A stretch of 64,000 nucleotides of DNA from contig NC_068991.1 of assembly GCF_001194135.2 (NCBI RefSeq), forward strand, positions 6,649,578 through 6,713,577. Reading direction: 5' to 3'. A program made the translations under genes and the position numbers. This document shows positions 52,311 through 64,000 of this stretch, piece by piece. The notes under the pieces are model-generated. The model did no database searches. It saw only the letters and a list, made by a program, of their open reading frames with translations, and was not told the origin of the DNA. Each line of letters opens with the position of its first letter. Position 1 is the first letter of the stretch. This stretch comes from Octopus bimaculoides. Taxonomy: Eukaryota.

Positions 52311-52391
52311 CGTGTATGAATATATAAATAGACGTGTATGAATATATAAATAGACGTGTATGAATATATAAATAGACGTGTATGAATATAT
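52311..52391. repeat. 22-bp tandem repeat, 3 perfect copies plus a partial
   Basis: Unit CGTGTATGAATATATAAATAGA. Confidence 0.95.
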
Positions 52392-52821
52392 ATACATACA
52401 TGTATATATGCATATATACATATTGTGCGTGTGCATGTGTGTTTTGTATGTGGTGTGTGTGTATGTGTATGCATGTATATTATGTCATAGAGCAAACAAA
52501 ACAGGCATATTGTGTAACACTAGGAAAACATGAAGAAGAACATGAAATGATGGCCACTAGAATGAAAAATATAACAGGAAAACTAATATAAATCTTTGAA
52601 AATGCCTAAGTAAATATAATGAAAGTTTAGTTTTTATACTTTTAAAGTTTACATATACAGAAATTGGATCTAAGCATTCATTACTGCCAAATAGCAAATA
52701 TAGCCACCCAAGTTGATACGCCAGCGTTACATGGAAGTAACTATAGTAAGAAGACAAACATGGTGGAAAGAGGGTGATCCGACAAACGAATATTCAGACG
52801 ACAATGAGAAGCTGAAACATA

Positions 52822-53065
52822 TACAGGGTGTTCAAAAAGTCTCTCCGCAGTAAGTGTTTTATTGCAAAGTTCATATTCATAAAATTGGTATAAGACTACA
52901 AAAGAATATATTAGAAACTTTACAAGACTTTAAAAAAACTTTATAAGAGGTGTTGAAAGTGTCGTCCTTCGTTTTCAATACATAGGTTGACTTTTCTGCA
53001 CATGTTTTGAAATACATATTGGATGAAAAAAATTCACTGCGGAGAGACTTTCTGAACACCCTGTA
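52822..53065 (-). mobile_element. Tc1/mariner-superfamily MITE (internal deletion derivative), 244 bp including TA ends
   Basis: TACAGGGTGTTCAAAAAGTCTCTCCGCAGT pairs with ACTGCGGAGAGACTTTCTGAACACCCTGTA (29/30); minus strand keeps a transposase-like C-terminus YVFQNMCRKVNLCIENEGRHFQHLL*. Confidence 0.9.
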
Positions 53066-54136
53066 TAAGAGGAATATGATACTGGTTCTCTTGACAAGCA
53101 AACGAGAGAGTCGTACAGTAGTAGTTCGCTTTAGTAGAAATAACAACGAAATCTCTATCAAGACACGTCCTACCATCATGTAAAATGGAAGGACACTTCG
53201 GATAATGTAGTCCTAGGATGTACTAAGCCTTAAAAATAGATGATCATAGGTGGAAGTATTGCTGTATGGTTAAGATGTTCGTTTTGCGACCACATGGTTT
53301 CAGGTTCGGTCCCAGCTTCTTTATACAATTCCTAATAATATTTAATCATAAAATATAACAGGAGTTTTTAGCCATCGAATGGCTATGAGGGTTCCCACTC
53401 CGTGAGAAAAAATAGGGATCAAAGGAGTCCATAGGTAAAAAAAAAAAATGATTGAGAACCACTGATGAAGAGGTTTCCTGGCTGGATCGTCGAATAATTT
53501 GATTTCACGCTTTTGTGGATTGCGTTGAATCTCCGGATTAAAAAAAAGAAGCGGAACAACAACTGGAATAACTTAAGCAACAGCAGCAACAACACTAACA
53601 ATAACTATTTATTCAACTATCGTGAGAATATTCTATTTCCGTAAATATTTATTTTCTCATTTATTTATAACTCCAGCCATTTATAATAAGAAGAAATGCT
53701 CATTTAATGATCGTCCAGTTTTAACAATTTGCTGACTGTGTAAACCGGTTGGTATGCTCTTGTGATAAAACTAGGAAAGGAAGATAGAACATTGTCATTG
53801 TTTTTAACGTTTCTTTTGCCCCAGATGAGCTCCGATTAAGCGGACTTATTAAAATTATTCCACTCTAAACTATTTATTTTAGGTGTGTCTCTGACTGTGA
53901 TCGTGAACCTGCAACGTGCGTATCTGCAGTGATCTACTGCAAGTTTTTAGGTTAACAAGCGTTGGACTTTGAACAGAATAAACCCTCGAATGACTCTAAT
54001 TACCACAAGTGTAATAGTTGGGCTTTCTGCTCTGCATTACCAGTCTCACTGCTTTTGCTTTCGCTCCCACATTGGAACCTTGCGCCGGAATTGGCCTGTG
54101 GTTTAAGAGCCGCATTAGAACTTGCGAGATTATATT

Positions 54137-54369
54137 TATTTCTTTATTTCCCACAGGAGGCTAAACATAGAGGACACAAACAAGGACAGACAAACGGATT
54201 AAGTCGATTATATCGACCCAGTGCGTAACTGGTACTTATTTGATCGACGCCTGAAAGGATGAAAGGCAAAGTCGACCCCGGTGGAATTTGAACTCTGAAC
54301 GTAACGGCAGACGAAATACCGCTAAGCATTTCGCCCGGCGTGCTAACGACTCTGCCAGTTCACCGCCCT
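54137..54369 (-). mobile_element. Family B SINE with 15-bp target-site duplication
   Basis: Flanks TTGCGAGATTATATT (54122-54136) and TTGTGAGATTATATT (54370-54384). Confidence 0.9.
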
Positions 54370-55305
54370 TTGTGAGATTATATTGCTTTTCCCAATTATA
54401 TATAATTTTTAATTGCTTCTGCGCTCACTATCTGCTCCTATTGTGCCACAAAGGAGACAACGAACTAAAAGTCTATGTCACTGCCAATGTTCCTGACTGT
54501 AACCTTAGCATTGTGGAAGCATATGCAGTGCGATTTGAGCCTATGAACACGTGTGTGTGGTGCACCAACTCGGCTTCTCATCTCCCCACTCTTTCTCTCA
54601 CGGTAGTGAAAACCAGATGAGCACTAATTGAATATTGTCTGCTTTTAATGGAGAGCAGAGTGCTCCAGACATCGGACAAAGCTTCTTTTCGTTGCTCTAA
54701 AGAGAGAACACTGAACGACCATCTGCTGTCCAAGAAGCAGCAGTGTGTCACTCCTTGTGCGTTCTTGGACAAATTCCTGAAGCAACGAAATCACAATCTT
54801 TTGTGACAGGTCGCTGCCATGTTTCCAAAAATGTTGTCCGGCAATCTCGGTGAAACTGTTTCCTCTGCCATCAACATTTCCACTCGGCATGTGTTTGTTT
54901 CTTGTATTTGTTGTTGTTTCTCCAAATTTATTGCTAGGAATGTTCTCATTAATGTTCTACAAAAACCTCACTATTTTTTTCTTTCAAAGTTTCTGCGTTT
55001 TATTCTAAAATATTTTCACATCTTAATTTATATATTTATTTATTTCCTGTTTAACTTCTATCAAAACGTGGTAGTTCTTGTTCGAAAATTTGGGACTGTT
55101 CCTGCCTGAAAAAGCTATTTTGTTTGTTTACAAATGAAAAAAGAAAATATTTACATTACAAAATGAGAGAAATGAAAACAATTAATTGCCTTTTTTGTTT
55201 GTTATATAAAGACATTTTACATTAAATGAAATACTTTTCCGCTTAATGCACCAGATAAATCTAGAATATGGAGAACGAGATGTAACCTGTCTAGCTCACA
55301 CAAAC

Positions 55306-55306
55306 C

Positions 55307-55357
<51 letters not shown>
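55306..55357. repeat. (AAT)n microsatellite
   Basis: Direct reading. Confidence 0.95.
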
Positions 55358-55358
<1 letters not shown>

Positions 55359-55547
55359 CCTTACGAATTTTGGTACGAAACCAGCAATTTGAGGGGAGGG
55401 GGTAAGTCGATTACATCGATTCCCAGTGCTCAGCTGGTACTTATTTTACCGTCCCCAAAAGGATGAAAGGTGATATTGACTTCGATGAAATTAAAACTCA
55501 GAACATAAAGAGCCGGAAGAAATGTCATAAAACGTTTTGTCCGGCGT
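55358..55547 (-). mobile_element. Family B SINE, head truncated where the family C copy begins
   Basis: GTAAGTCGATTACATCGATTCCCAGTGCTCAGCTGGTAC...GGATGAAAGG...CTCAGAACATAAAG. Confidence 0.75.
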
Positions 55548-55936
55548 GGAGGCGCAATGGCCCAGTGGTTAGGGCAGCGGACTCGCGGTCATAGGATCGC
55601 GGTTTCGATTCCCAGACCGGGCGTTGTGAGTGTTTATTGAGCGAAAACACCTAATGCTCCACGAGGCTCCGGCAGGGGATGGTGGCGAACCCTGCTGTAC
55701 TCTTTCACCACAACTTTCTCTCACTCTTACTTCCTGTTTCTGTTGTGCCTGTAATTCAAAGGGTCAGCCTTGTCACACTGTGTCACGCTGAATATCCCCG
55801 AAAACTACATTAAGGGTACACGTGTCTGTGGAGTGCTCAGCCACTTGCACGTTAATTTCACGAGCAGGCTGTTCCGTTGATCGGATCAACTGGAACCCTC
55901 GACGTCGTAAGCGACGGAGTGCCAACAACAACAACA
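55548..55936 (+). mobile_element. tRNA-derived SINE, local family C, CpG-rich and apparently young, (ACA)n tail
   Basis: A-box-like TGGCCCAGTGG, B-box-like GTTTCGATTCC; 3' module from 55748 shared with family D. Confidence 0.88.
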
Positions 55937-57967
55937 TATGCCATCAAATACGATGACATAATAAGTGTCACACATCTTGTTAGAAATTGTTAAGCAATGA
56001 CAAAATAATAGTAATTCACCAGTTAGTGCAGTTGTTTTCAACCAGGGTTTTTACGACCCTTGTGAGTTTTGTTATTGTTGAAAATGTTTGACATTTGAAC
56101 GGACCTAGTGTGCGTTCTTTTAATCCATAACACCGCTGCAGAGGAATTTTATGCATAGTTAGGGATTATGTTTTTATGTGAGTGGGTTTGTCTGTTTTAG
56201 TTGCGCTTGGCCAGATATTATCAACCAATCGTCTTTTACTTTTGAAATTGTGGGGCTCCGGGAACGGAGGCGGAAGTCACAAAGACTGCCCCCAAGTGGC
56301 ACACATTCTAGCTATGTTACTGGAGTGGTTCTTTCTATATCTACCCCAAAATCGAAGGCTTTTTTTTTTCTTCTTTTCTTGCTTTCGAATATTTTACTTA
56401 AGAAGATGATATCTTAAACTCTTGTCTCTCATCGAGAGCAAGAAATCTTAAGGAGCTATTTCACACAGGAAACTTAATTTGAAAGCCAGCCACAAAAATG
56501 TTGAAATTAGAAAATTAAAAATTGTTTACAAGGAAAGAACTCTGTTAGAAAAGCAAAATTTGTTTTAATTAATTATTTCTNNNNNNNNNNNNNNNNNNNN
56601 NNNNNNNNNNNNNNNNNNNNNNNNNNNNNNNNNNNNNNNNNNNNNNNNNNNNNNNNNNNNNNNNNNNNNNNNNNNNNNNNNNNNNNNNNNNNNNNNNNNN
56701 NNNNNNNNNNNNNNNNNNNNNNNNNNNNNNNNNNNNNNNNNNNNNNNNNNNNNNNNNNNNNNNNNNNNNNNNNNNNNNNNNNNNNNNNNNNNNNNNNNNN
56801 NNNNNNNNNNNNNNNNNNNNNNNNNNNNNNNNNNNNNNNNNNNNNNNNNNNNNNNNNNNNNNNNNNNNNNNNNNNNNNNNNNNNNNNNNNNNNNNNNNNN
56901 NNNNNNNNNNNNNNNNNNNNNNNNNNNNNNNNNNNNNNNNNNNNNNNNNNNNNNGTTCCAAATCCCTCTTGATCGTCAATAATGTGGTCCTCGATTCCTT
57001 GCACATAGGAAATAAATGAAATGGTCATGGTTGGAATGCCTTTGGTCATAAGTTTGCTCCGTCAGCGCTCATCACGAGTAGGGTTGGGTATAAACAACAG
57101 TTCACGTAGGTATACCTATATTTTCTTATACACATACATACATACATGTACAAACATACATGCACACATACAGAGATTTACATTATTACATACATGCATG
57201 TACATACATACAAAACCCACTCATACATACATACATACACATACGCGTGCGTGTGTGTTGTGTATGCTTGTGGGTATCTGGGTGTACTTCGAGAGTATTC
57301 TTGCAAGTGAGTGCAAACCTGTAAGAATATGTGGTCGCTTAGAATAATGAAAAACGAAAGAAAAAAAATCTTGCGCTGCGGGGAAGTGGGATTAAAAAAT
57401 TTGAACAGAAGAACTAGAAAGAAAATAAATAAATAGAAGAACAAAACCATAATGAAAAGTTAATCAAACAAACAATCTTGTTCTCGGTTTATAATATTGA
57501 AATTAAGAATAAAATATGTAAATTCCAACGTATTAAGTAAACAGTTTTAGGGTGGAGTTGAGCGTTTTAACTGACTGGAATTCACAAAAAGAAAGGGGAA
57601 AAAAATGAAGATATCAAGAAAAAAAATACAGGAATGGTATAATAAAATAGACATTCCATTACAACAAGAACTAATTTTTTAAATATTCGGCACCCCTTGC
57701 TCTGCGTTTCATATTGCTGACTGTAAGGAATGTTGTCATATATGTTCTGAGATAAAAAAAAAAAAAAAAAATCAGAAAGGAATGGTGGTGGTTATCCATT
57801 GAGTATAATTTTATTTATAACGTTGGTGTAGTCAGTCTGAAATTCGGGTTCGATTCCTGCTTGCAGTCCAGGAAGAAACTAAATGCCGTTACCCCTTGTG
57901 CCTGAAGTGGAAAGGATTATTAGAGAAGATAAGAGAGAGGGAGTGAGACAGAGAGAAACATTAACCT

Positions 57968-57999
<32 letters not shown>

Positions 58000-58184
58000 A
58001 CGAAGTGAATGAGTCTCCGTCAGTTGTTTGCTAGAGATTTTAGTTATTTCCCAATCCCAGATCAGCCCAGCTGGAGCAGATCTTTGATCAATGGCATTTT
58101 GACTATGGCCAGCCCTTCTTTTATTTCAGTTGTATCATATCTAAAACTGCATAATCCAACAGCCCTTTTATTTTTTCTGTTCAT

Positions 58185-58616
58185 AGGTTCAGGCTCGGCT
58201 GTGTGGTTGAGAAGTTTGCTTCCTAACCTCTTGGTTTGGGGTTCAGACCCATTGCGTGGCACCTTGGGCAAGCGCCTGCTACTACAGTCCCAGGCCGACC
58301 AATACCTTGTAAGTGGATTTGGCATACGGAAACTGTATGGAAGCTCGTCATCCATGCACCCTCCACGCACACACGTGTGTGTGTGTTTGTGTCTGTCCTC
58401 CCACTACTTGATAACCGGTGTTGGGTTTGTTTACGTCCCCGTAACGTAGCAGTACGGCAAAAAAGTCCGATAGAATAAATACCAGACTTTAAGAAACAAA
58501 AAGAAAGAAAATAAGCATTGGGGTCAATTTCCTCCACTAAAACCCCTTCGAGGTGGTGCCCCAGCATGGCCGTTGATTGAAACAAGTAAAAGACATCAAA
58601 CGATAAAGATAAAGAT
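58185..58616 (+). mobile_element. Family A SINE, full length
   Basis: Head, central ACGGAAACTG, CCCCGTAAC, tail GAAACAAGTAAAAGA all present. Confidence 0.85.
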
Positions 58617-59074
58617 ACGATAGAGAATAATTTGGGGAAGATTTAGCTGTTATTTCTGCTAGGCTGAGCGACCACGAAGAAGTTTCTTCTGGCTCGAGAT
58701 TTGATTTGGATCGATTTTTAAGGCGATTTGGAAAGGATTATCAAATGATTAAGTGCTGATTACATTTGATGTGAGTCGGTCGTACACTCACGAATTAATC
58801 TGAGTGTAAGCAGTAACCTGTAACTTGGTGTTACAAAGCATCCGTTTGTACGAAAATAAAGCTAGTTAGCACACACACACTTTAATTTAATTTAAATTAG
58901 TCACTTTATAAACACGAATCTAAAACAGAAAAATTGTGCGCATATTTTTTTGTATCTCAGATTCGTGTCTATGAAGTGTCTAATTTAATTAAACTCATGG
59001 TTTATAATCGAAAATATTGACCATTTTTTTTTACAAGTAGTAGTAGTTGTTATTACGCCATTTCTTCTGGTTGT

Positions 59075-59235
59075 TTACGTTCTGGGTTCAAATTCCGTCG
59101 ATGATGTTGACATTGCCTTTAATTCTTTCAGGTCAATAGAATAAGGATCAGTCAAGTACTGGGGTCGCTGTAATCCACAACCCCACCCTAACCAAATTCA
59201 GGCTTTGTGTTTGTAGTAAAAAGTATCATAATCGT
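59075..59235 (+). mobile_element. Family B SINE, 5'-truncated
   Basis: ACGTTCTGGGTTCAAATTCC...GTACTGGGGTCGCTGTAATC. Confidence 0.65.
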
Positions 59236-59322
59236 TATTTGATTAAAACTCTCTGCTTATTTTGTTGGATATGGTGGAAAGTGTCAGCTGTCCACAGCCA
59301 GCAGACTATAGTAGAAAGTATC

Positions 59323-59397
<75 letters not shown>

Positions 59398-59423
59398 GTT
59401 ATTATTATTATTATTATTATTAT
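59323..59423. repeat. (AAT)n immediately followed by (ATT)n
   Basis: Direct reading; the two tracts are separated only by about 3 nt. Confidence 0.95.
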
Positions 59424-59440
59424 CATCATTACTATTTAAT

Positions 59441-59625
59441 GCGGTGTGCTGGCAGAATCGTTAGCACGCCGGGCAAAATGCATTGCAGCATTTCTTACGT
59501 TCTGAGTTTAAATTCCGCCGAGATCAATATTGCCTTTCATCCTTTCGGGATCGATAAATTAAATACCAGTGAAACACTGGGGGCGATGTAATCGACTAGT
59601 CCCCTCCTACCAAATTTCAGGCATT
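59441..59625 (+). mobile_element. Family B SINE
   Basis: GCTGGCAGAATCGTTAGCACGCCGGGCAAAATGC...GCCTTTCATCCTTTCGGGATCGATAAA. Confidence 0.85.
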
Positions 59626-59981
59626 ATGTTGAAATTGGATGTTTATACAGGAACCCTACTTATATTTTAAACACACTTTCAAAATATATTATTGTCAGAA
59701 TTACAAAACGAGTTGGACATTTTTTATTTATCAATGAACGGAAAACATGACTGATGACGCTCCAACATCCAATGCAATTTCATAAACTGAGTCCTCATCT
59801 TCTTTCGTAATTTCCATAAAAATTTAGCAGAGGTAGCATCAATCTACGCAAATATCTAAAAAGAGGCTCATGGCGCATGGGATAGCGAAGAAGCTGTGAA
59901 TATCAAGCCACTACGTGAAATTAGCTTCTGTTCGATTAAAATATTTCGATGTTTTTGCTTTCGTTCTTCAAAATTTTTTTA

Positions 59982-60380
59982 ATGGCTATGTGGTTAAGAA
60001 ACTCTCTTTGAGACCACGTGGATTCGGGTTCAGTCCCACTGCACGGCATCTTGGGCAAGTGAATGTCCTCTACTATAGACCCGGGCCGACCAATATCTTG
60101 TGAGTGAATTTGGTAGCCGGAAACTGTGCGGAAGACCGTATGTGTGTGCATGGGAACGTGTGCCTGTCTGTATTTGTATTTGTCGCACCACCACTTGACA
60201 GCCGGTGTTGGTTTGTTTATGCCCTCGTAATTTAGCGGTTCGGCACACAATACCGATATTAATAAGTACCAAGTTTTAAAAAAAAAGAATTGAGGTCGAT
60301 TTGGCCGACAAAACTCTTCAAGGCGGTGCCCCTGCATGGCCGTAGTCCAAAGACTGAAACAATAAAAAGTAAAAGATAAG
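59982..60380 (+). mobile_element. Family A SINE, full length
   Basis: GGGTTCAGTCCCACTGCACGGCATCTTGGGCAAGT...GACTGAAACAATAAAAAG. Confidence 0.85.
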
Positions 60381-60635
60381 ATGTGAAGGGCGGGGCTGCT
60401 TCGTAAAATGCCATTCGGCGAAAGAGTGAGCGGAGCAACAAAATGCCGAGGGTCACTACTCTATGCGGTGGTCTAGTGGCGATCTAGCGGTGGTCTAACA
60501 GTTAGAGACTGCAGACTGCAGCCAAGTCTCCTTCAGGTGACATCTTAATAATCTTAGAAAAAGGAACGGACATCTTGGATAATATAGGACCAGTTGAGCA
60601 CTGGAGTCGATGTAATCGATTTTCTCACGCCTTAA

Positions 60636-60719
<84 letters not shown>

Positions 60720-61258
60720 GTACTCCATGTCTGTTTCAGAAAGAATATATTAGCTAAAACGGCACGCTTTGCCTGGCAGACAACATATACAAAGCGAGAG
60801 ATTTGAGTGCAGCATATCATTTACACATATTGTAAACATGTCCTCTAGCTGTCAGATATTAGAATGAAGGTCATTTTACGACATTGACGGTGACACATTT
60901 CAGCACTCTCCAGTTAAATTGATCTAAAACCTGACTTGTTGAAAGAACTTTAAGTCTGATTACTTGCAGTGAAAATAATTTATGTGAGCTAGTAAGAGTC
61001 GCAGATTAGATTTGCTTCATAAATACATATATATTTTTTTTCTTTCTGTCTGGCCGTATTAGATATCAACTCTGCAGGTCTCTGATTGTGTGGAAGTAAT
61101 TAATAAATAAAGAATACTTTATTTAAACTGGCTGAAAGCATTATGAAGTACCTTTTACTCTCGAAAAACAAATAATAAATATATAAAACGCTGCCCTCCC
61201 CACAAAGAACAAAACCTTATACCATTTTCTTTAATTCAGAGTAGTAATTAAGGATGTG

Positions 61259-61580
61259 TAGACGCGTGACTTAGTGGTCAAAGTATTTGGCTCATGATCG
61301 TAAAGTCGTGTGTTCGATTCCCAGCGGTGCGTTGTGTCCTCGAGCAAGACGCTCAATTTCACGTTGCTCCGGTCCACCCAGCTGGCAAAAATGAGTAGTA
61401 CCTGTAATTCAAAGAGGTCAGCTTCGTCACATTCCGTGTCACACTGAATCTTCTTAAGAACTACGTTTAAGGGTACAAGTGTCTCTGGAGTGCTCTGCCA
61501 CTTATACGTTAATTTCATGACCAGGTTGTTCTGTAGATCGAACTCAACTGGAACCCTCGTCGTCGTAACCGACAGAAAGT
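61259..61580 (+). mobile_element. Family D SINE, CpG-retaining
   Basis: GTTCGATTCCC...GTGTCCTCGAGCAAGAC...CCTGTAATTCAAAGAGG...GGAACCCTCGTCGTCGTAACCGAC. Confidence 0.85.
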
Positions 61581-61892
61581 CGGTAAGGAGTAAGATATTT
61601 CAGTTGATCGAACAACTGAGTCCTCAACGCCAAACGACGGAGAACCATCACATCATACGAATATGGTAAGCGTTGGTGTGTGTATCTGTATAAAGTGAAA
61701 TGAATATCTAACGAGAAGGATAGCACGCAAACTTATCTGCTCTGACCTATTCGTCTCGTCAAATACACTCACAATCATTTATTTATTTGTATATTTTTAT
61801 CTTTATAAGTGTCCTGTTTCAAGATTTCAGTTGATTTGACACGTATCAGATATGGATCTGTTTGTATATTACATACGTACATACATCGGCAT

Positions 61893-61930
<38 letters not shown>

Positions 61931-62838
61931 ATAGTGCATACCCTTGAAATATCAGTGGGTGATGAATATTAGGTTTCATAGGTAATTAGTCTACCTGTAG
62001 CAAAGGAGGATTAATAGAATAAAAATACAAGATTTGCTGGGTTCTTTGATTGGCCTTAGTTCGAAGTTCACCTGTATCAGGAGAACTACATCATAGATGT
62101 GTTCACATATTTTATTCTCATTTCCACCGCCAGTCCCTTTCTTCCCCTTCATCTTTTATGTAAATCCCCACACAAACTGTAAACTGCCCTTGTAATATTC
62201 CCCACTACATCTGATGCTCTTGTGGCAGATAAAAAACATGGTCGTCGTCGTAGTCGTCGTCATCGTTTTTTTCTTCCTTTTTTGTTTTTGAACAAAGAAG
62301 TTTAAGAATGTAATGAGCTTAACGATGCGATGATTTTTTTGGGGCAACAGTTAGATCTATGTAGAGCAAACAGTCTAGGAATTAAAACGGACACGAGGTG
62401 CACAAAATTATCGTTTCGATCAGCCTATTCTACACAGCCAAAAATACCTGCTACGTACAAAAGGAAGGTCGCTAAACTAAATAATATTCTTCGAAACAAC
62501 CCGTAGCATCAAATGGCGAGACATGCAACTACTAACATGGTCAACATTCGTCGGTGTCCACTGGTTTTCAACCAAGGTCCATATGACTCTTGGTCCATAT
62601 CAGCCTTGATGGCCCCATATAAGATTTTGTACTTAAAACTGATTATACTTCTACTATACACAAAATATTTTAACAATTTCTTAACACAATTTAACTTTAA
62701 CTTTTTTTCAGCTATAAGACTGCGGTCATGCTGGGGCACCGCTTTGAATAATATTACATATTTTCCTCCTCGGCGACAGCGGCGGCGGCGGACATATGTG
62801 TTTGTGTGTATGTGCCTTTTTATTGAAGAATCTATGCG

Positions 62839-62882
<44 letters not shown>

Positions 62883-63965
62883 CGTATGTTTGCCGTAGTG
62901 CTTATTGCTTTTACGTATCGTATATCAAAAATATAAACCAAATAAGCAAAAAAGAAAAAAAATAACACACACACACACACATCAACAATCTTGCCTAGGA
63001 TGAAAGTTAAGTTTTCGATATGAAAACAAATAGGGAGAAATGATAGTCATTTAGTCGAAATGTGGGATCCAGACAGGGATAAGAGGTAGATAGATACATA
63101 TACACACACTATATAAATATATATATATAGAGAGAGAGAGGGGGGGGGAGTACGAAAAATTGTTTTGGAGATATATCAGTATGTTTTCAACCTTGAAATG
63201 ATGTACAAATGAATGTTAATGACAGGCTTGAGCCGGTATCTCAAATTGGCATCACGAGACTAGCTTGGTGGTCTGCTCATCATCACCCAGAAATATCGGA
63301 CAGTTTGGCGAAGGCGTTTATTAAACAATGTCTAGGAGAAGATACCGCAAGAAAATGTGTGCTGCTACAAAATGGAGATATGGCAAGCAGGCAGAACTGT
63401 TTCCGAGCAAATTAATGTACATGGCCCTATAAGTATCTATTTATTAACGACAAGCCACAGCATATAGAGATCAGAAATGGGCCTTGGGGCTCCCGGGCAA
63501 CTGTCCAGTGTGCCATGTTTGAAGACGGTATTGACGACAGGGGCAGATAGTAACAAAATATTAAAAACTGTGTGGGTGTGGATCATGTCTTTAAACTCAA
63601 CACAAGAAAGGAAAAAGCATGCTCAAATTTATACTGTTTTAGTTAACCACATTGTACAAAGTTGGCAAGATTAAGACTTTATCTATCTATCTATCTATCT
63701 ATCTATTGGAAAATGTGTGAGATCCTTGGTACAGTTATATATATATATATATATTTAGGATTAAATAAAAAGACAACAAACGGAAAATATGACATACCTA
63801 TATATAATTTTCAAAAAACGTGTAGTAAATAAACAAACGAACATATACTAAATACACAGATGGTTAGAAAACACAGAATGTTACCAATTCTTCATCAATT
63901 ATCGGGTAGACTGTCAAACGTAATTTCAGCCATTTTATTTATATATATATATTGCATATATTCCG

Positions 63966-64000
63966 TGGTAGACGGAAACTGAAAGAAGCCCGTCGTATAT
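63966..64000 (+). mobile_element. Family A SINE internal fragment (cut by window edge)
   Basis: GGTAGACGGAAACTGAAAGAAGCCCGTCGTATAT is identical to the corresponding stretch of the 34396 copy. Confidence 0.7.

Noticed and set aside
52311-52391. CRISPR-like array
   Set aside because: Direct tandem copies with no spacers, in eukaryotic DNA with no cas genes.
50866-53464. One 2.6-kb hAT element bounded by CAGT..TCAACC ends
   Set aside because: The 8-bp flanks (GATTAGAG versus ATGAAGAG) do not match as a TSD and no transposase lies between; treated as separate remnants.
54578-55109. Overlapping 64-96 aa ORFs in complex sequence
   Set aside because: No recognisable motif in any frame; may be a decayed transposon but is unsupported.
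55548-55625. tRNA genes at SINE heads (also 34396, 61259, 57835)
   Set aside because: A/B-box-like motifs are present but I could not build an acceptor stem or full cloverleaf, and most continue into SINE bodies.
56955-57110. Coding-looking sequence beside the gap
   Set aside because: Too short and no identifiable motif.
26500-64000. A second host gene or a novel multi-gene system
   Set aside because: No long ORFs or exon series with recognisable or consistent coding signal; the content is explained by repeats and candidate regulatory patches. Small exons could be missed without transcript data.

Overview
Eukaryotic genomic DNA: AT-rich, microsatellite- and SINE-dense, with five N gaps. The repeat families look like those of Octopus (inferred from repeat content, not proven). 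The only protein-coding gene I can support is a conventional beta-spectrin on the minus strand. I traced 15 coding exons by hand from the ATG at 26467 down to 315. All introns are GT-AG with matching phases, and the 2439 nt spliced CDS gives 813 aa (N-terminal FERSRIKALADERE motif, CH1, CH2, spectrin repeats 1 to part of 5). The gene continues beyond position 1. The ATG exon carries two in-frame stops upstream of the ATG, so at least one non-coding 5' exon must lie further right. From about 26.5 to 64 kb there is no other recognisable host gene, only SINEs of several families, decayed LINE fragments, Tc1/mariner and hAT-like MITEs and simple repeats. I found no convincing evidence of a new multi-gene system. 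The best leads are: a CpG-depletion step near 35.4 kb that looks like a gene-body methylation footprint; candidate upstream non-coding exons; SINE families built from shared modules; a SINE carrying a YADD reverse-transcriptase fragment plus a CpG-rich segment of unknown origin; and an inverted repeat pair bracketing an in-frame 2151-nt exon block. Repeat boundaries are by eye and approximate unless TIRs or TSDs are given.
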